Shown piece by piece: positions 50,604 through 60,356 of a DNA stretch of 64,000 nt (positions are counted from its first letter, which is position 1; the number at the start of each line of letters is the position of its first letter). Under the pieces are notes generated by a model. The model was not told the origin of the DNA and searched no databases. It was given only the letters and a program-made list of their open reading frames with translations. This DNA comes from Blastocatellia bacterium (GTDB taxonomy: Bacteria > Acidobacteriota > Blastocatellia > UBA7656), in NCBI GenBank assembly GCA_963765495.1, contig CAVXWP010000016.1, forward strand, positions 288,001-352,000, given 5' to 3'. Made by a program: the position numbers and the translations under genes.

Positions 50604-50678
50604 ATTCTCTATTAATCCTTGAAATGATTTCGAAGGTTAAAATTACCAGAGCCGTTTCGGCTTGAAAAGGATGTTTGC

Positions 50679-50758
50679 GATGCGTGATCCGTGATCCGTG
50701 ATCCGGCAGGCTTGCAGGTCGTCTTAAACCTGCGGCCTGATAGCCAGGTCACGCATCA
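50679..50758. repeat. Heptamer-arm element, CGTGA family
   Basis: gatgcgtgatccgtgatccgtgatcc, conserved core, then gtcacgcatca. Confidence 0.85.
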
Positions 50759-50774
50759 TTTTTCACTGATCGCT

Positions 50775-52316
50775 TTATGAAAATCGTGGGGAGAGTTTGA
50801 GTCCGAGTTTTCCGGCGAGTTGCAAAACAGGACGGCGTTCAACAGGGGTCATGCATACCGAGAAGACGAGCGCGCAGTAAGGAACGAGCGCGGCGGCTAC
50901 TTCGAGAAAGAATACGGCTAGCGATGACGGGGCGGCGTAGTTCTTGAATAACAAAAGCGCGGCTATAAACGGAATCTGGATGGCAATAGGCATCGGCGCT
51001 GAGCGTCGGATGTACTCGCCAAGCGGGAGCTTCAGATAGCGGCGAAAGTATACGACGATGGCAACCGATGTGAATAAAACGGTGGGAATCGTTGTTCCGA
51101 GCGCCACCCCCATAAGGCCGTAGGGCCTGACCAGAATGATGCTCAGAATCAGATTCGCAATCGCCTGCGCGAGCGTAAACCACGCCACAACGGAATGCCT
51201 GCCCATCCCAAGCAAGACCGTGTGGGCGGGCATCTCACACAGATGCGCGAGCACGGCCACGGTCAGCACCATAAGTATCGAAGCGCTTGCGACATACTCG
51301 GGGCCCATCCACAAACTTATAAAACGGTCTCCCATCACAAAGAAGACCGAGGCCACGGGCAGGGCTACGAGCAGCATGTACTTTGTGCAGATAGCGAGCA
51401 TATCTTTTAGCCCCGCCTGATCGTTGCGCGCGTCCAGATCGGAGGCGGTCGGCGTGAGCACGCCCATCGTCTCGGATACCTGAAGCAGATAGGTCACAAG
51501 GCGGTTGGCTATCGAATAGAGCGTGACCGCCGCGACCGGGAGGAAAATTCCTATCACTATCGCGTCGGTGTAAAAGATCATCTTCTTGCCCACGCTCATC
51601 AAGAAAGCGTAGACGCTATAGCCAAACAGGCGGCCGAGTTCTCGCCTGTCAAGATACTCTCGGGCAATTCGCAGATCGGGGTTCAAGCGATAGACCTTCA
51701 GAATCAGATAAGCCAGCCTCGCCATATCAAAGACAAACGTAACGAGCGCGAGCGCGAGTATGCCGTAACCGTTCAGGATCAGACCGACAATCAGCAGACT
51801 CCGCACAAGGATGTTTAGGGTAGTGACGGCCGAATCCACTTCATATCGCTGGTATCCGCGCAGCACTCCTACAAAGACCGAAGCGGGAAAAGTGATGGCG
51901 AGATTGAGGCCGACAAGCAGCACAACCGAGGCGGCGATGTTGTCTGCAAGCGGGGTGTTGAACATCCTGTTGAATAGAGACGCGACCGCTATGCTTGCGC
52001 CAAGAGCCACAACTCCCATGAAGGAATAGACGGCAAGCCCGCCCGTTACTACCCGATTTATGGCTTCTTTATCGCCACGCGCCCGGTACTCGGCCACATA
52101 CTTGACCGTTGATTGAGTGATGCCAAAGTCGAGCAGCCCAAGATAGCCCACAAGCGACCCCACAAGCACCCACACGCCGTAAACGGAATCTCCCAGATGG
52201 CGTACGAGAAACGGCGACATCAAAAAGCCGGTCAGTATGGTCGCGGCAAACGCAACCCAGTTCATAAGGACGTTTTTGACGATCTGCCGTGAGCGTTGCT
52301 CGCTGTCTTGTCGCAC
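50775..52316 (-). CDS. Wzx-type oligosaccharide flippase
   Basis: Polytopic MOP-family protein; LG..YG.W, LLDFG. Confidence 0.85.
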   Translation of the reverse strand: MRQDSEQRSRQIVKNVLMNWVAFAATILTGFLMSPFLVRHLGDSVYGVWVLVGSLVGYLGLLDFGITQSTVKYVAEYRARGDKEAINRVVTGGLAVYSFMGVVALGASIAVASLFNRMFNTPLADNIAASVVLLVGLNLAITFPASVFVGVLRGYQRYEVDSAVTTLNILVRSLLIVGLILNGYGILALALVTFVFDMARLAYLILKVYRLNPDLRIAREYLDRRELGRLFGYSVYAFLMSVGKKMIFYTDAIVIGIFLPVAAVTLYSIANRLVTYLLQVSETMGVLTPTASDLDARNDQAGLKDMLAICTKYMLLVALPVASVFFVMGDRFISLWMGPEYVASASILMVLTVAVLAHLCEMPAHTVLLGMGRHSVVAWFTLAQAIANLILSIILVRPYGLMGVALGTTIPTVLFTSVAIVVYFRRYLKLPLGEYIRRSAPMPIAIQIPFIAALLLFKNYAAPSSLAVFFLEVAAALVPYCALVFSVCMTPVERRPVLQLAGKLGLKLSPRFS

Positions 52317-53293
52317 TATGTACCTGCCTCGTTCGATAGCTGGATTGCGCTTCTCCGACGCTTACGAATCGCGAGTATCGATTTGCGCAGTTGCGGGGGC
52401 AATGAAGAGACGGCCAGAAAGAGCCAGGCTTCGGCGACAAGGGGGGAGCGCCGAAGGGATTTGAGCAAAATCCGCCTTGCGGCGGCAAATTCCTGGCGGC
52501 TGAAATGATACTTTCCAAATCTAAGGTATATCTGCCCGATCAATTTTCGCGTGGGTATTTGTCGGTCGGGAAACATTTCGGCGATCTTATTGAGATTCCA
52601 CACCTCGTCGTGGCACATCTGTTCGAGGTTCTCGGAGAGGTTTCCGCCGTGGTCGCGTTTGTGAACGACTACCTTATTTACAAACCCGAATTTGTATCTG
52701 CTCGCAAGCCGCAGAAACAGATTATAATCTTCGGCCCCGATGAGCGTTTCATCAAAAACACCTATCTGCTCCAGACATTTTCGCCTGATCATGACCGAGG
52801 ACATGCAGATGAAATGATCGGTCAACAACTTGTCGAACACGTTTCCGGTAGAGATGACAAACTGATCTTTGAGGCTCTTTCGAGTGATGCCGGTTTCATC
52901 AAAGATGGCATCGTCTGTAAAGACGACCCCAAACTCAGGATGCTCATTCATCCTGCTGATCTGCAACTCAAGCTTGTCAGGCATCCACAGATCATCGGCA
53001 TCAAGAAAAGCAATAAACTCTCCCCGGGCTTCGCTGATTCCAAGATTGCGAGCGGCGGCCGGTCCTCCGTTCTCCTTCTTGATGTAGCGAATCTGGCCGA
53101 GATAAGGGGCAATCGCTTGCTCGGTATTATCGGTAGAGCCGTCGTCTACGACGAGGATTTCAAAATCGCGGAAGGTTTGATTGAGCACGCATTCGAGCGA
53201 TTCGGGCAGAAAACGCGCGCTGTTGTAGGTCGGAATGATGACGGTGACTGATGGGGCCGCAGCAATTGTGATCTCTTTATTACCTGACTGCAT
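52316..53293 (-). CDS. GT2 glycosyltransferase
   Basis: VIIPTYN, VDDGSTD, FLDADD, ED; stop overlaps the flippase start. Confidence 0.92.
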   Translation of the reverse strand: MQSGNKEITIAAAPSVTVIIPTYNSARFLPESLECVLNQTFRDFEILVVDDGSTDNTEQAIAPYLGQIRYIKKENGGPAAARNLGISEARGEFIAFLDADDLWMPDKLELQISRMNEHPEFGVVFTDDAIFDETGITRKSLKDQFVISTGNVFDKLLTDHFICMSSVMIRRKCLEQIGVFDETLIGAEDYNLFLRLASRYKFGFVNKVVVHKRDHGGNLSENLEQMCHDEVWNLNKIAEMFPDRQIPTRKLIGQIYLRFGKYHFSRQEFAAARRILLKSLRRSPLVAEAWLFLAVSSLPPQLRKSILAIRKRRRSAIQLSNEAGT

Positions 53294-53420
53294 CCCTAAA
53301 TCATCCTCTCAATAATGATTGCCTACAGAATTACTCACAAAACCCTCCTTAATCAATAAATGCCGAATGTTGCGCGTCTTCCAAGAATTTTGACAGGATT
53401 TCTTGCGCGTGAGGCGCTCA

Positions 53421-53509
53421 ATGATGCGTGATGCGTGATCCGCGATTAACCAGGCTTGCAAGTTGTCTTTACCAAGCGGCCTGTCTGAAAGTCACGCATC
53501 ACGCATCAT
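53421..53509. repeat. Heptamer-arm element, CGTGA family
   Basis: atgatgcgtgatgcgtgat, conserved core, gtcacgcatcacgcatcat. Confidence 0.88.
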
Positions 53510-54463
53510 TCAGCAGATAGTATCGTTCGGGCACTCCCTGTGCCGTGCGGCAGGTTTATACTGCCCCATTACGATCCCGAAAAGGATAAACCCAGCGCCA
53601 AGTATCACGGGCATTCTGAGGGGCTCGCCCAGGATAAAGGTCGCAAGCGTGAGGCTCACGATAAGCTCGAATGTGCCGATCTGCGAGGCTTCGGCGCTGC
53701 CGAGTTTCTCAAGCCCCGAAAAGAAAGAGAGCAATGCCACGACGGTCGAGATAATCGCTATCGAAAAGACCATCAGCCAGCCCCAGGTAGTCACCCCGTG
53801 CAGTTGGGAAATCACCGGGCCGCCCATGAACCAGAACCCGATTGCGGCAAAACTGGTCACATAGAGCGCGACTGTCTGAGGCCGGAGGTTTTGCAGCAAC
53901 CGGCGGCTTGCGACTACATAGGCCGCATACCAGGCGGCTCCCCCAAGGGCCAGCAACATCCCCACGGTCAGGTTTCCGGCTGTCGCGCCTAATGCGCCCA
54001 ACGAGATTCCAACCAGTATCACCGCGCCGCCGAGCATCAGTTGCGCATCAGGCCGTTTGCGGCTCACAGCCCATTCCAGAACCATCGCAAAGACCGGATA
54101 GCTGAAAAAGAGCATACCCGCGATTGAAGCCGGGGTGGTTTCAAAAGCCTTGAAGACCAGGCTTGAAAATATGCCGTAACCCGCAAGCCCAAGCGCCGCA
54201 CACGTAGCCAGTTCCTTTCGACCTATGCGAACCACGTCGCGCTTGAAGATTGAAAAATATGTCCACAGCGCAATCGCCGCCACAAGAAATCTCAGCGCCA
54301 GAAGCATGGGCGCGTGGACCCCCTCGGCATAAGCGAATTTGGCAAATGTGCTGATCGCGCCAAACGACAGCGCGGAAAGCAATACCTGCGCCCGGCCCAC
54401 AAATCGCTCATTTGAGCCGAGTGACAGTATATTCTCTGTTTTGTTTAAGATTGTTTCTCTCAT
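53510..54463 (-). CDS. EamA/DMT transporter
   Basis: About 10 TM helices in two repeats; LRF, LGE motifs. Confidence 0.88.
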   Translation of the reverse strand: MRETILNKTENILSLGSNERFVGRAQVLLSALSFGAISTFAKFAYAEGVHAPMLLALRFLVAAIALWTYFSIFKRDVVRIGRKELATCAALGLAGYGIFSSLVFKAFETTPASIAGMLFFSYPVFAMVLEWAVSRKRPDAQLMLGGAVILVGISLGALGATAGNLTVGMLLALGGAAWYAAYVVASRRLLQNLRPQTVALYVTSFAAIGFWFMGGPVISQLHGVTTWGWLMVFSIAIISTVVALLSFFSGLEKLGSAEASQIGTFELIVSLTLATFILGEPLRMPVILGAGFILFGIVMGQYKPAARHRECPNDTIC

Positions 54464-54552
54464 CAAATTTTCCCCTTCTCGTTACAGGTAGTATTTTCAG
54501 GCAAGCCGTCACACCCGACAACGGGCGAAGGAACCAGCCCGGAGACATATTT

Positions 54553-54569
54553 TTGTGCCGGTGGCACAA
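54553..54569. promoter_or_regulatory. Putative PucR-family operator
   Basis: Perfect inverted repeat TTGTGC-N5-GCACAA upstream of the EamA gene. Confidence 0.65.
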
Positions 54570-54607
54570 GCCGGTTAAATGTTTATAAATAAGGGGTTAA
54601 ATTGATT

Positions 54608-55792
54608 TCAGGCGGTAATTCGGTTACGCGCCTCGCGCAGTTTTCGCACCCTGAAGGCCAGTTGGAGGTTTAGGCGGACTTCCGGGTTGTCGAGGTCACG
54701 ACCAAGCAGGCTTGTTATGTGTTCGAGCTGATAAGTGATCGTGTTGCGATGCAATTCGAGCTTTCGCGCCGTGGCGCGCAGGTTTCCGTTTAATTCCAGA
54801 AATGTTTCAAGCGTGGTCATCCAGTCGGTCTGCTGTTCGCGGTCGTGACGGATGAGAGCGTTCAAAAAATAATCCTCAAATCGGTCAAGCTCGCCCTGAT
54901 CCTCTATGCGGAGCAACAATTGCCAGACTCCCAGATCGTTATGGTGCGAAACCACTCTGCCGTCGTCTGTGAGGCTCGAAATGAATAGCGCCTCCTGAGC
55001 TTCGCGATAGCTCTTCGGAAAATCCGAAAGCTTTCTTGCCAGCCGGCCTACGCCTACGCGGAGACGATGCCCGGATGCGCCTTCAAGAGACTCTTCAAGC
55101 GCCCGCGAGAATGGAACCGCTGATTGTTCGTCGAAGCCGAGCGGGAAAATAGCCAGAACCCAGTTTGGCTTTGCGCTTATCATAGCCCGGCGCGGCGCGC
55201 GGTTGAGCAATGATGTGATGTTGCGGGCATCCTCTTCGGTCAGTTTTTGCGCGACATCCGCTCCGGCCTGTTGCGCAAGGACCAGCGCGTGATGCTGGTC
55301 AAGCTTCAATCCAAGCTCGCTCAGCCGCGCGCTCACTTCATCGCTTTCGGGCAGATTGCCTGCAAGCAACGCATCTATCAGATAATCTCTTTCCGCGCCC
55401 GGAGACTTCGCCGCCATTCGCCTGAGTATCGCCTCAGTCACCTCGACAAATGCGGTCGTACGCGGGAGTTCGACAAGCGGCAGGTTGTACTGGTCGGCTA
55501 TCGAGCGCATTTCGGGGGTGGTCTGCGGCAGATATTCTTCTATGGTAACAAAGACGGCGGCGACCTTTTTTTCAACCGCCTCGCGCATATACTTTATCTG
55601 CGCCTCGGTGTTGCCATAGATACCCAGACCGGATGTTATCAGCACTTCTCCGCCCTTGACCCACTCGGCCACATCAGGATGATCTATGATGTGCATCCAG
55701 CGAATAGGGTTATCCAGCCCGCCCGCGCCTGCCACAACCTTCGCGTCTTTCAGCACGTTTAACGCCAGCGCCTCTCTAACGGTCAAACTCAT
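54608..55792 (-). CDS. PucR family regulator
   Basis: VVAGAGGLD..IRW N-domain; TARKLELHRNTITY HTH. Confidence 0.92.
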   Translation of the reverse strand: MSLTVREALALNVLKDAKVVAGAGGLDNPIRWMHIIDHPDVAEWVKGGEVLITSGLGIYGNTEAQIKYMREAVEKKVAAVFVTIEEYLPQTTPEMRSIADQYNLPLVELPRTTAFVEVTEAILRRMAAKSPGAERDYLIDALLAGNLPESDEVSARLSELGLKLDQHHALVLAQQAGADVAQKLTEEDARNITSLLNRAPRRAMISAKPNWVLAIFPLGFDEQSAVPFSRALEESLEGASGHRLRVGVGRLARKLSDFPKSYREAQEALFISSLTDDGRVVSHHNDLGVWQLLLRIEDQGELDRFEDYFLNALIRHDREQQTDWMTTLETFLELNGNLRATARKLELHRNTITYQLEHITSLLGRDLDNPEVRLNLQLAFRVRKLREARNRITA

Positions 55793-55862
55793 GCCGTGTA
55801 TTATGCCTAGCCGCTTGAAGCGGTGACAACATTATTGCAAAGGGAATTTGAACGGTCGTGTG

Positions 55863-56390
55863 TTACCGGATGCGGTCTTTTACCATGAGATACCCATCGT
55901 CGCCGCTAGTGTAGTAACGCGGCATGCGGCGTATGATTTTATAGCCGAGATCGAAATATAGTTTCTGAGCCGCGTCATTCGAGGTGCGGACTTCCAGACG
56001 CACTGTGTTTACGCCCCTGTCTGAAAAGCCTCGCTCGACGGCATGCATCAGGCGGCGGCCGTGGCCGCGACGACGATGATCGGGGCTTACGCCGAGTGCT
56101 ACGACGTGGCCCGTGTTGTCAGGCTCGATCATACCTACTACGAAAGCAATCATCATGCTTGATGGGGTGACAACCTTGTAACAGACCGCCTGGTTGTGCG
56201 AGAGCAGATATCGGATAGTCTCGCGGTCGTAAGCCTCGCCGTCGGAAAAACACCGCTGATCGAGCCGCCAGCATTCGTTAAGGTCGTTGTAGCTCATTAC
56301 CATCACGACATGCTCGGGTATTATCGGCATCTGGGAATCGTTTTGATCGTTTTTGCCTTTTCGTCGTCTAGGCCACATTTCTCGGTCCAT
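55863..56390 (-). CDS. RimI-like GNAT acetyltransferase
   Basis: RRRGHG, LEVRTSN, YY..GDD; start could be 56330. Confidence 0.85.
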   Translation of the reverse strand: MDREMWPRRRKGKNDQNDSQMPIIPEHVVMVMSYNDLNECWRLDQRCFSDGEAYDRETIRYLLSHNQAVCYKVVTPSSMMIAFVVGMIEPDNTGHVVALGVSPDHRRRGHGRRLMHAVERGFSDRGVNTVRLEVRTSNDAAQKLYFDLGYKIIRRMPRYYTSGDDGYLMVKDRIR

Positions 56391-56585
56391 ACTTCGGAGC
56401 CACTTTGAACTCTGTCAACCATCGAAAACCATAAATAAAAAACCAGAGCATAAGCGTCTGGGAGACGATCCTTCCGTATTATACGACATAATAGCCACAG
56501 GCGCACCAATCGTTTTTTTTCTTCGGTTCCGGCCGAATCACTCACGCTAGACAAAGCCGCGAAAGCACTGATAAAATTTGCAGCT

Positions 56586-57053
56586 TTGAAAACGGACGAA
56601 AAAGACGACCTCCAAATGGTGAACTCGGGCAACAAAATGATGGCCGTCAATCAGGCGGATTTTACAAACCCGGCGGATGTCGAGCGTCGTGTCTGGCGCA
56701 ACATTTTCATCGTGTTAACCGTGGGGGTGCTCGTATCGGCTATCTTTGCAAGATTGAATTTCACGCTCGGGACGGTGCTTGGCGGCGCGCTCGCGCTCTT
56801 CAACTACAAATGGCTGCACGCTTCGCTCCGGGGCATTATGGGCGTGGGAAGCGAAAAGACCCCGCCCGGCACTACCATGAAATTTATTTTTCGCTGGTTT
56901 GTGATCGGGGCGGTGATTTACGCGGCAAGCCAGACGGGTCGTTTCGATTCGGCCGCGATGCTTGCGGCTTTGTTTGCGCCAGCAGTTGCGATAATGATAG
57001 AAGCCTTTTACGTTACTTTTAAAACCATAGCTCAGGATCACGGAGAACGATAA
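56586..57053 (+). CDS. atpI: ATP synthase protein I
   Basis: Four TM helices, immediately upstream of atpB; start uncertain. Confidence 0.75.
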   Translation: MKTDEKDDLQMVNSGNKMMAVNQADFTNPADVERRVWRNIFIVLTVGVLVSAIFARLNFTLGTVLGGALALFNYKWLHASLRGIMGVGSEKTPPGTTMKFIFRWFVIGAVIYAASQTGRFDSAAMLAALFAPAVAIMIEAFYVTFKTIAQDHGER

Positions 57054-57056
57054 CAA

Positions 57057-57947
57057 ATGCTAGCTCTGATTACGGCACTTTTACAGGAAGGGCACGAGGC
57101 AGAAGGCTCGGAACATACGGCCGCGCACGCCGAGCCCTGGATTGTCGAGCAGATCAATCAAATTTTTGGCCCGATTGTGCTCAACATCGAGCGAGCCATA
57201 ATGCCTTCGATTTATGGGCTCTTCGGCAAGCACTGGAGCGAACCCGCGCCTGGCGCGATGGTAATCCCAGAGCAGGTTATCTGGGTCATCCTCTTGATGA
57301 TCGTCTGCACCATAGGCGTTTTATTGCTGCGGGGCCGACTCTCGGTCGATCGCCCCTCCAAAGGACAGCAGGTGCTTGAGGTCGTCGTAGAACAGATCAA
57401 CGATTTGCTTGAACAGGTCATAGGCCCGTACGGCCGCCGTTATTTGCCCGTGATCGGCTCGCTCGCCATCTTCATCCTGATAGGAAACCTGATGGGCCTG
57501 GTGCCGGGGCTCGGGGCGGCGACCGACAATATCAATGTGACGGGCGCGCTCGGCCTCACATCATTTGTTTATTACATCTCGAGCGGGTTTCGTCAGCAGG
57601 GAATCGGTTATCTCAAACACTTCACAGGCGGACTGACGGGCGCGCTGCTGCCGACGCTCGGCATACTTATCTTCTTCGTCGAGATCATTTCCAACAGCGT
57701 GCGCCCGGTTACGCTCTCGCTCCGATTGTTTGTGAACATGTTTGCCGATCATCAGATCGCGGGCGTATTTCTTAACCTCGCGCCGTGGCTGATTCCCATA
57801 TTTACGATTGTGCTGGGCGTTTTCGTATCCTTTGTGCAGACATTCATATTCATAATGCTTTCGATGGTCTACCTGTCGGAGACCGTGCCCCACGAAGAAC
57901 ACGACACCGGAGGGCACGGTCACGAAGCAGTAGCCGAAGCGCATTGA
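57057..57947 (+). CDS. atpB: ATP synthase F0 subunit a
   Basis: RPVTLSLRLFVNMFA, FVQTFIF. Confidence 0.95.
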   Translation: MLALITALLQEGHEAEGSEHTAAHAEPWIVEQINQIFGPIVLNIERAIMPSIYGLFGKHWSEPAPGAMVIPEQVIWVILLMIVCTIGVLLLRGRLSVDRPSKGQQVLEVVVEQINDLLEQVIGPYGRRYLPVIGSLAIFILIGNLMGLVPGLGAATDNINVTGALGLTSFVYYISSGFRQQGIGYLKHFTGGLTGALLPTLGILIFFVEIISNSVRPVTLSLRLFVNMFADHQIAGVFLNLAPWLIPIFTIVLGVFVSFVQTFIFIMLSMVYLSETVPHEEHDTGGHGHEAVAEAH

Positions 57948-58253
57948 GATTTGGCTTTATCCGTACCCGTCGTTTGAAGAGGTTGAGAGCGGGGCCCTTT
58001 CATAGAAGTTGGCAGCACGCGTCGCTGGAGCCTTGCAGTACTAGGAGCAAGCGTATACCGGACTCGTGGAAATAATACTAAGGCTCGACTGTCACACCTC
58101 TTCTTGTCATTAACCTCCGGGCGCGATTTGAGCAAAAATGATCGAGATAATTTATCGAATAATTACTATCTCGTTCGGCCTTGCTCAAAGTCGGCAGCCC
58201 GCATAACGCAAAGGTCGGCTTCCGACCTGTCAGATATTTGAGGAGGAACAGTT

Positions 58254-58577
58254 ATGTTCAGAGTCAAAATGTTTTTGATGTCGGCGATGATGATGTTGCT
58301 CGTCGTCGCGACCGCGTCGGCACAGACAGAAGGCGGAGCCGCCACGAGCGGCGGCGGCTCGTGGTTTATACCTAACGACATCGCGTTTGCCGTGGCGATT
58401 GCCGCCTTTGGCGGGGCGCTCGGCGATGGTAAGGCAATTGCCGCGGCTTGCGAAGGCACTGCGCGCAATCCCGGCGCTGGCGGACGTATTTTCACGATGC
58501 TGCTTCTGGGCCTCGCGCTTATCGAAACGCTCGTGCTCTTTACGTTCCTGACGCTGTTTATCAAGCCGGCCCGCTAA
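58254..58577 (+). CDS. atpE: ATP synthase F0 subunit c with N-terminal extension
   Basis: ARNP loop, ALIET; RBS GAGGAGG. Confidence 0.93.
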   Translation: MFRVKMFLMSAMMMLLVVATASAQTEGGAATSGGGSWFIPNDIAFAVAIAAFGGALGDGKAIAAACEGTARNPGAGGRIFTMLLLGLALIETLVLFTFLTLFIKPAR

Positions 58578-58599
58578 GTCTCCGGCGTAGGGAACTCGC

Positions 58600-58633
58600 A
58601 AAGGGAGGCTTCCGGGCCTCCCTTCTTATTTTT
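58600..58633 (+). terminator. Rho-independent terminator after atpE
   Basis: aagggaggc...gcctccctt followed by T-rich tract. Confidence 0.8.
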
Positions 58634-58691
58634 ATCCGGTGGCGATAAACTATCTGGTGAGTTTTATAAAATCCTCGATGGAGGCGCTGCT

Positions 58692-60218
58692 ATGCAATCA
58701 TTTCAAAACAGCATGATCGAGTTGATCACGACGACCTCAACCAACCTGCCCCCGGATGTGCGGCAGGCGATGGCCCGCGCGGTAGGCGAAGAGTCTGCCG
58801 GGTCGCGCGCGGGGACGGCGCTTGCGGTCATCGCAACAAATATTGATATGGCCTGTGACACGGAAGGCCCGATCTGCCAGGACACCGGAATGCCTACCTT
58901 TGAGATCAAGACCCCGGTGGGCGCAAATCAGATCGTGATGGAGCGCGAGATACGCGAGGCCATAACCGAAGCCACCCGACGCGGCAAGCTGCGACCCAAT
59001 TCGGTCGATTCGATCACAGGCGAAAACTCGGGCAATAATCTCGGACCCGGCACGCCCGTCATCCATTTTCATCAGTGGGAGAACGATGATGAAATCGAAG
59101 TAAAACTGCTGCTCAAAGGCGGCGGATGCGAAAACAAAAACATCCAGTACGCTCTGCCCGCCGAACTTCCTCATCTTGGACGCGCGGGCCGCGACCTCGA
59201 CGGTGTTCGCAAGTGCATACTCCACGCCGTGTGGCAGGCTCAGGGACAGGGGTGCAGCGCGGGCGCTATCGGCGTATCGATCGGCGGGGACCGAACATCC
59301 GGCTACCAGCACGCCAAAGAGCAACTCTTTCGCACGCTCGACGACACAAATCCCGATCCCCGTCTCGCCGAACTCGAAGATTACGTTATGCAGGCGGCCA
59401 ACACGCTCCAGATCGGCACCATGGGGTTTGGCGGCGGCGTGACCCTGATAGGCTGCAAAATCGGCGCGCTCAATCGCCTGCCCGCAAGCTTCTTTGTATC
59501 CGTAGCCTATGATTGCTGGGCTTTCAGACGTCTCGGCGTGATCCTGGATCGAAAGACGGGCGAGATCAAAAGATGGCTCTACCGCGACGAAGCCAAAGCG
59601 ACGACGGCGATGTCTTCGGGCGAAGGATTTCGATTAACCGGAAATGAAAAGCCGCTCACTGCGCCGATAACCGAAGAGCAGATTCGCTCGCTCAAGGTAG
59701 GCGATGTCGTGCTCATATCAGGCGAGATGTATACGGGACGCGACGCCGTGCATTCGTATCTGATGAAGCACGAACCGCCGGTCAATCTGGACGGATCAGT
59801 GCTCTATCACTGCGGCCCTGTGGTGATGAAAAATAACGGGAGTTACAAGATCACCGCCGCAGGCCCCACGACCAGCATCCGGGAAGAACCATATCAAGCA
59901 GACATCATAAAGCGATACGGCATCCGCGCCGTGATGGGCAAAGGAGGCATGGGCAAGCGCACGCTCGAAGGGATGAAGGAAGCGGGCGCGGTCTATTTAA
60001 ACGCCATAGGCGGGGCGGCGCAATATTATGCCCGATGCATAGAAGAAGTGCTCGACGTAAACCTCCTGGAGTTCGGCATCCCGGAGGCGATGTGGCATCT
60101 GCGCGTGAAAGACTTCCCTGCCATCGTCACAATGGACTCACACGGCAACTCGCTGCACGCAGATGTAGAGCAGGCCTCTTCCGTCATGCTTGCGCGGCTG
60201 GCCGAAACCGTATTTTGA
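58692..60218 (+). CDS. Class I (Fe-S) fumarate hydratase
   Basis: PICQDTG, KGGGCEN, GRD, GPTTS.R. Confidence 0.92.
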   Translation: MQSFQNSMIELITTTSTNLPPDVRQAMARAVGEESAGSRAGTALAVIATNIDMACDTEGPICQDTGMPTFEIKTPVGANQIVMEREIREAITEATRRGKLRPNSVDSITGENSGNNLGPGTPVIHFHQWENDDEIEVKLLLKGGGCENKNIQYALPAELPHLGRAGRDLDGVRKCILHAVWQAQGQGCSAGAIGVSIGGDRTSGYQHAKEQLFRTLDDTNPDPRLAELEDYVMQAANTLQIGTMGFGGGVTLIGCKIGALNRLPASFFVSVAYDCWAFRRLGVILDRKTGEIKRWLYRDEAKATTAMSSGEGFRLTGNEKPLTAPITEEQIRSLKVGDVVLISGEMYTGRDAVHSYLMKHEPPVNLDGSVLYHCGPVVMKNNGSYKITAAGPTTSIREEPYQADIIKRYGIRAVMGKGGMGKRTLEGMKEAGAVYLNAIGGAAQYYARCIEEVLDVNLLEFGIPEAMWHLRVKDFPAIVTMDSHGNSLHADVEQASSVMLARLAETVF

Positions 60219-60356
60219 GGGATGATCGAAGGGATGAGGGATGAGGGATGAGGGATGAAAAGGACTCTGGGGAAACACTCTGATTAATGCGGTTGAACAT
60301 ATGAGCGAAATCTACCCTGACAGTCCTTTTCATCCCTCATCCCTCATCCCTCAAAA
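60213..60356. repeat. Heptamer-arm palindromic element, GGGATGA family
   Basis: (GGGATGA)n ... (TCATCCC)x3; contains both flanking stops. Confidence 0.95.

Noticed and set aside
58186-58230. c-di-GMP-I riboswitch suggested by ACGCAAAG
   Set aside because: The preceding GGCAAACC/GNRA stem of the motif is absent.
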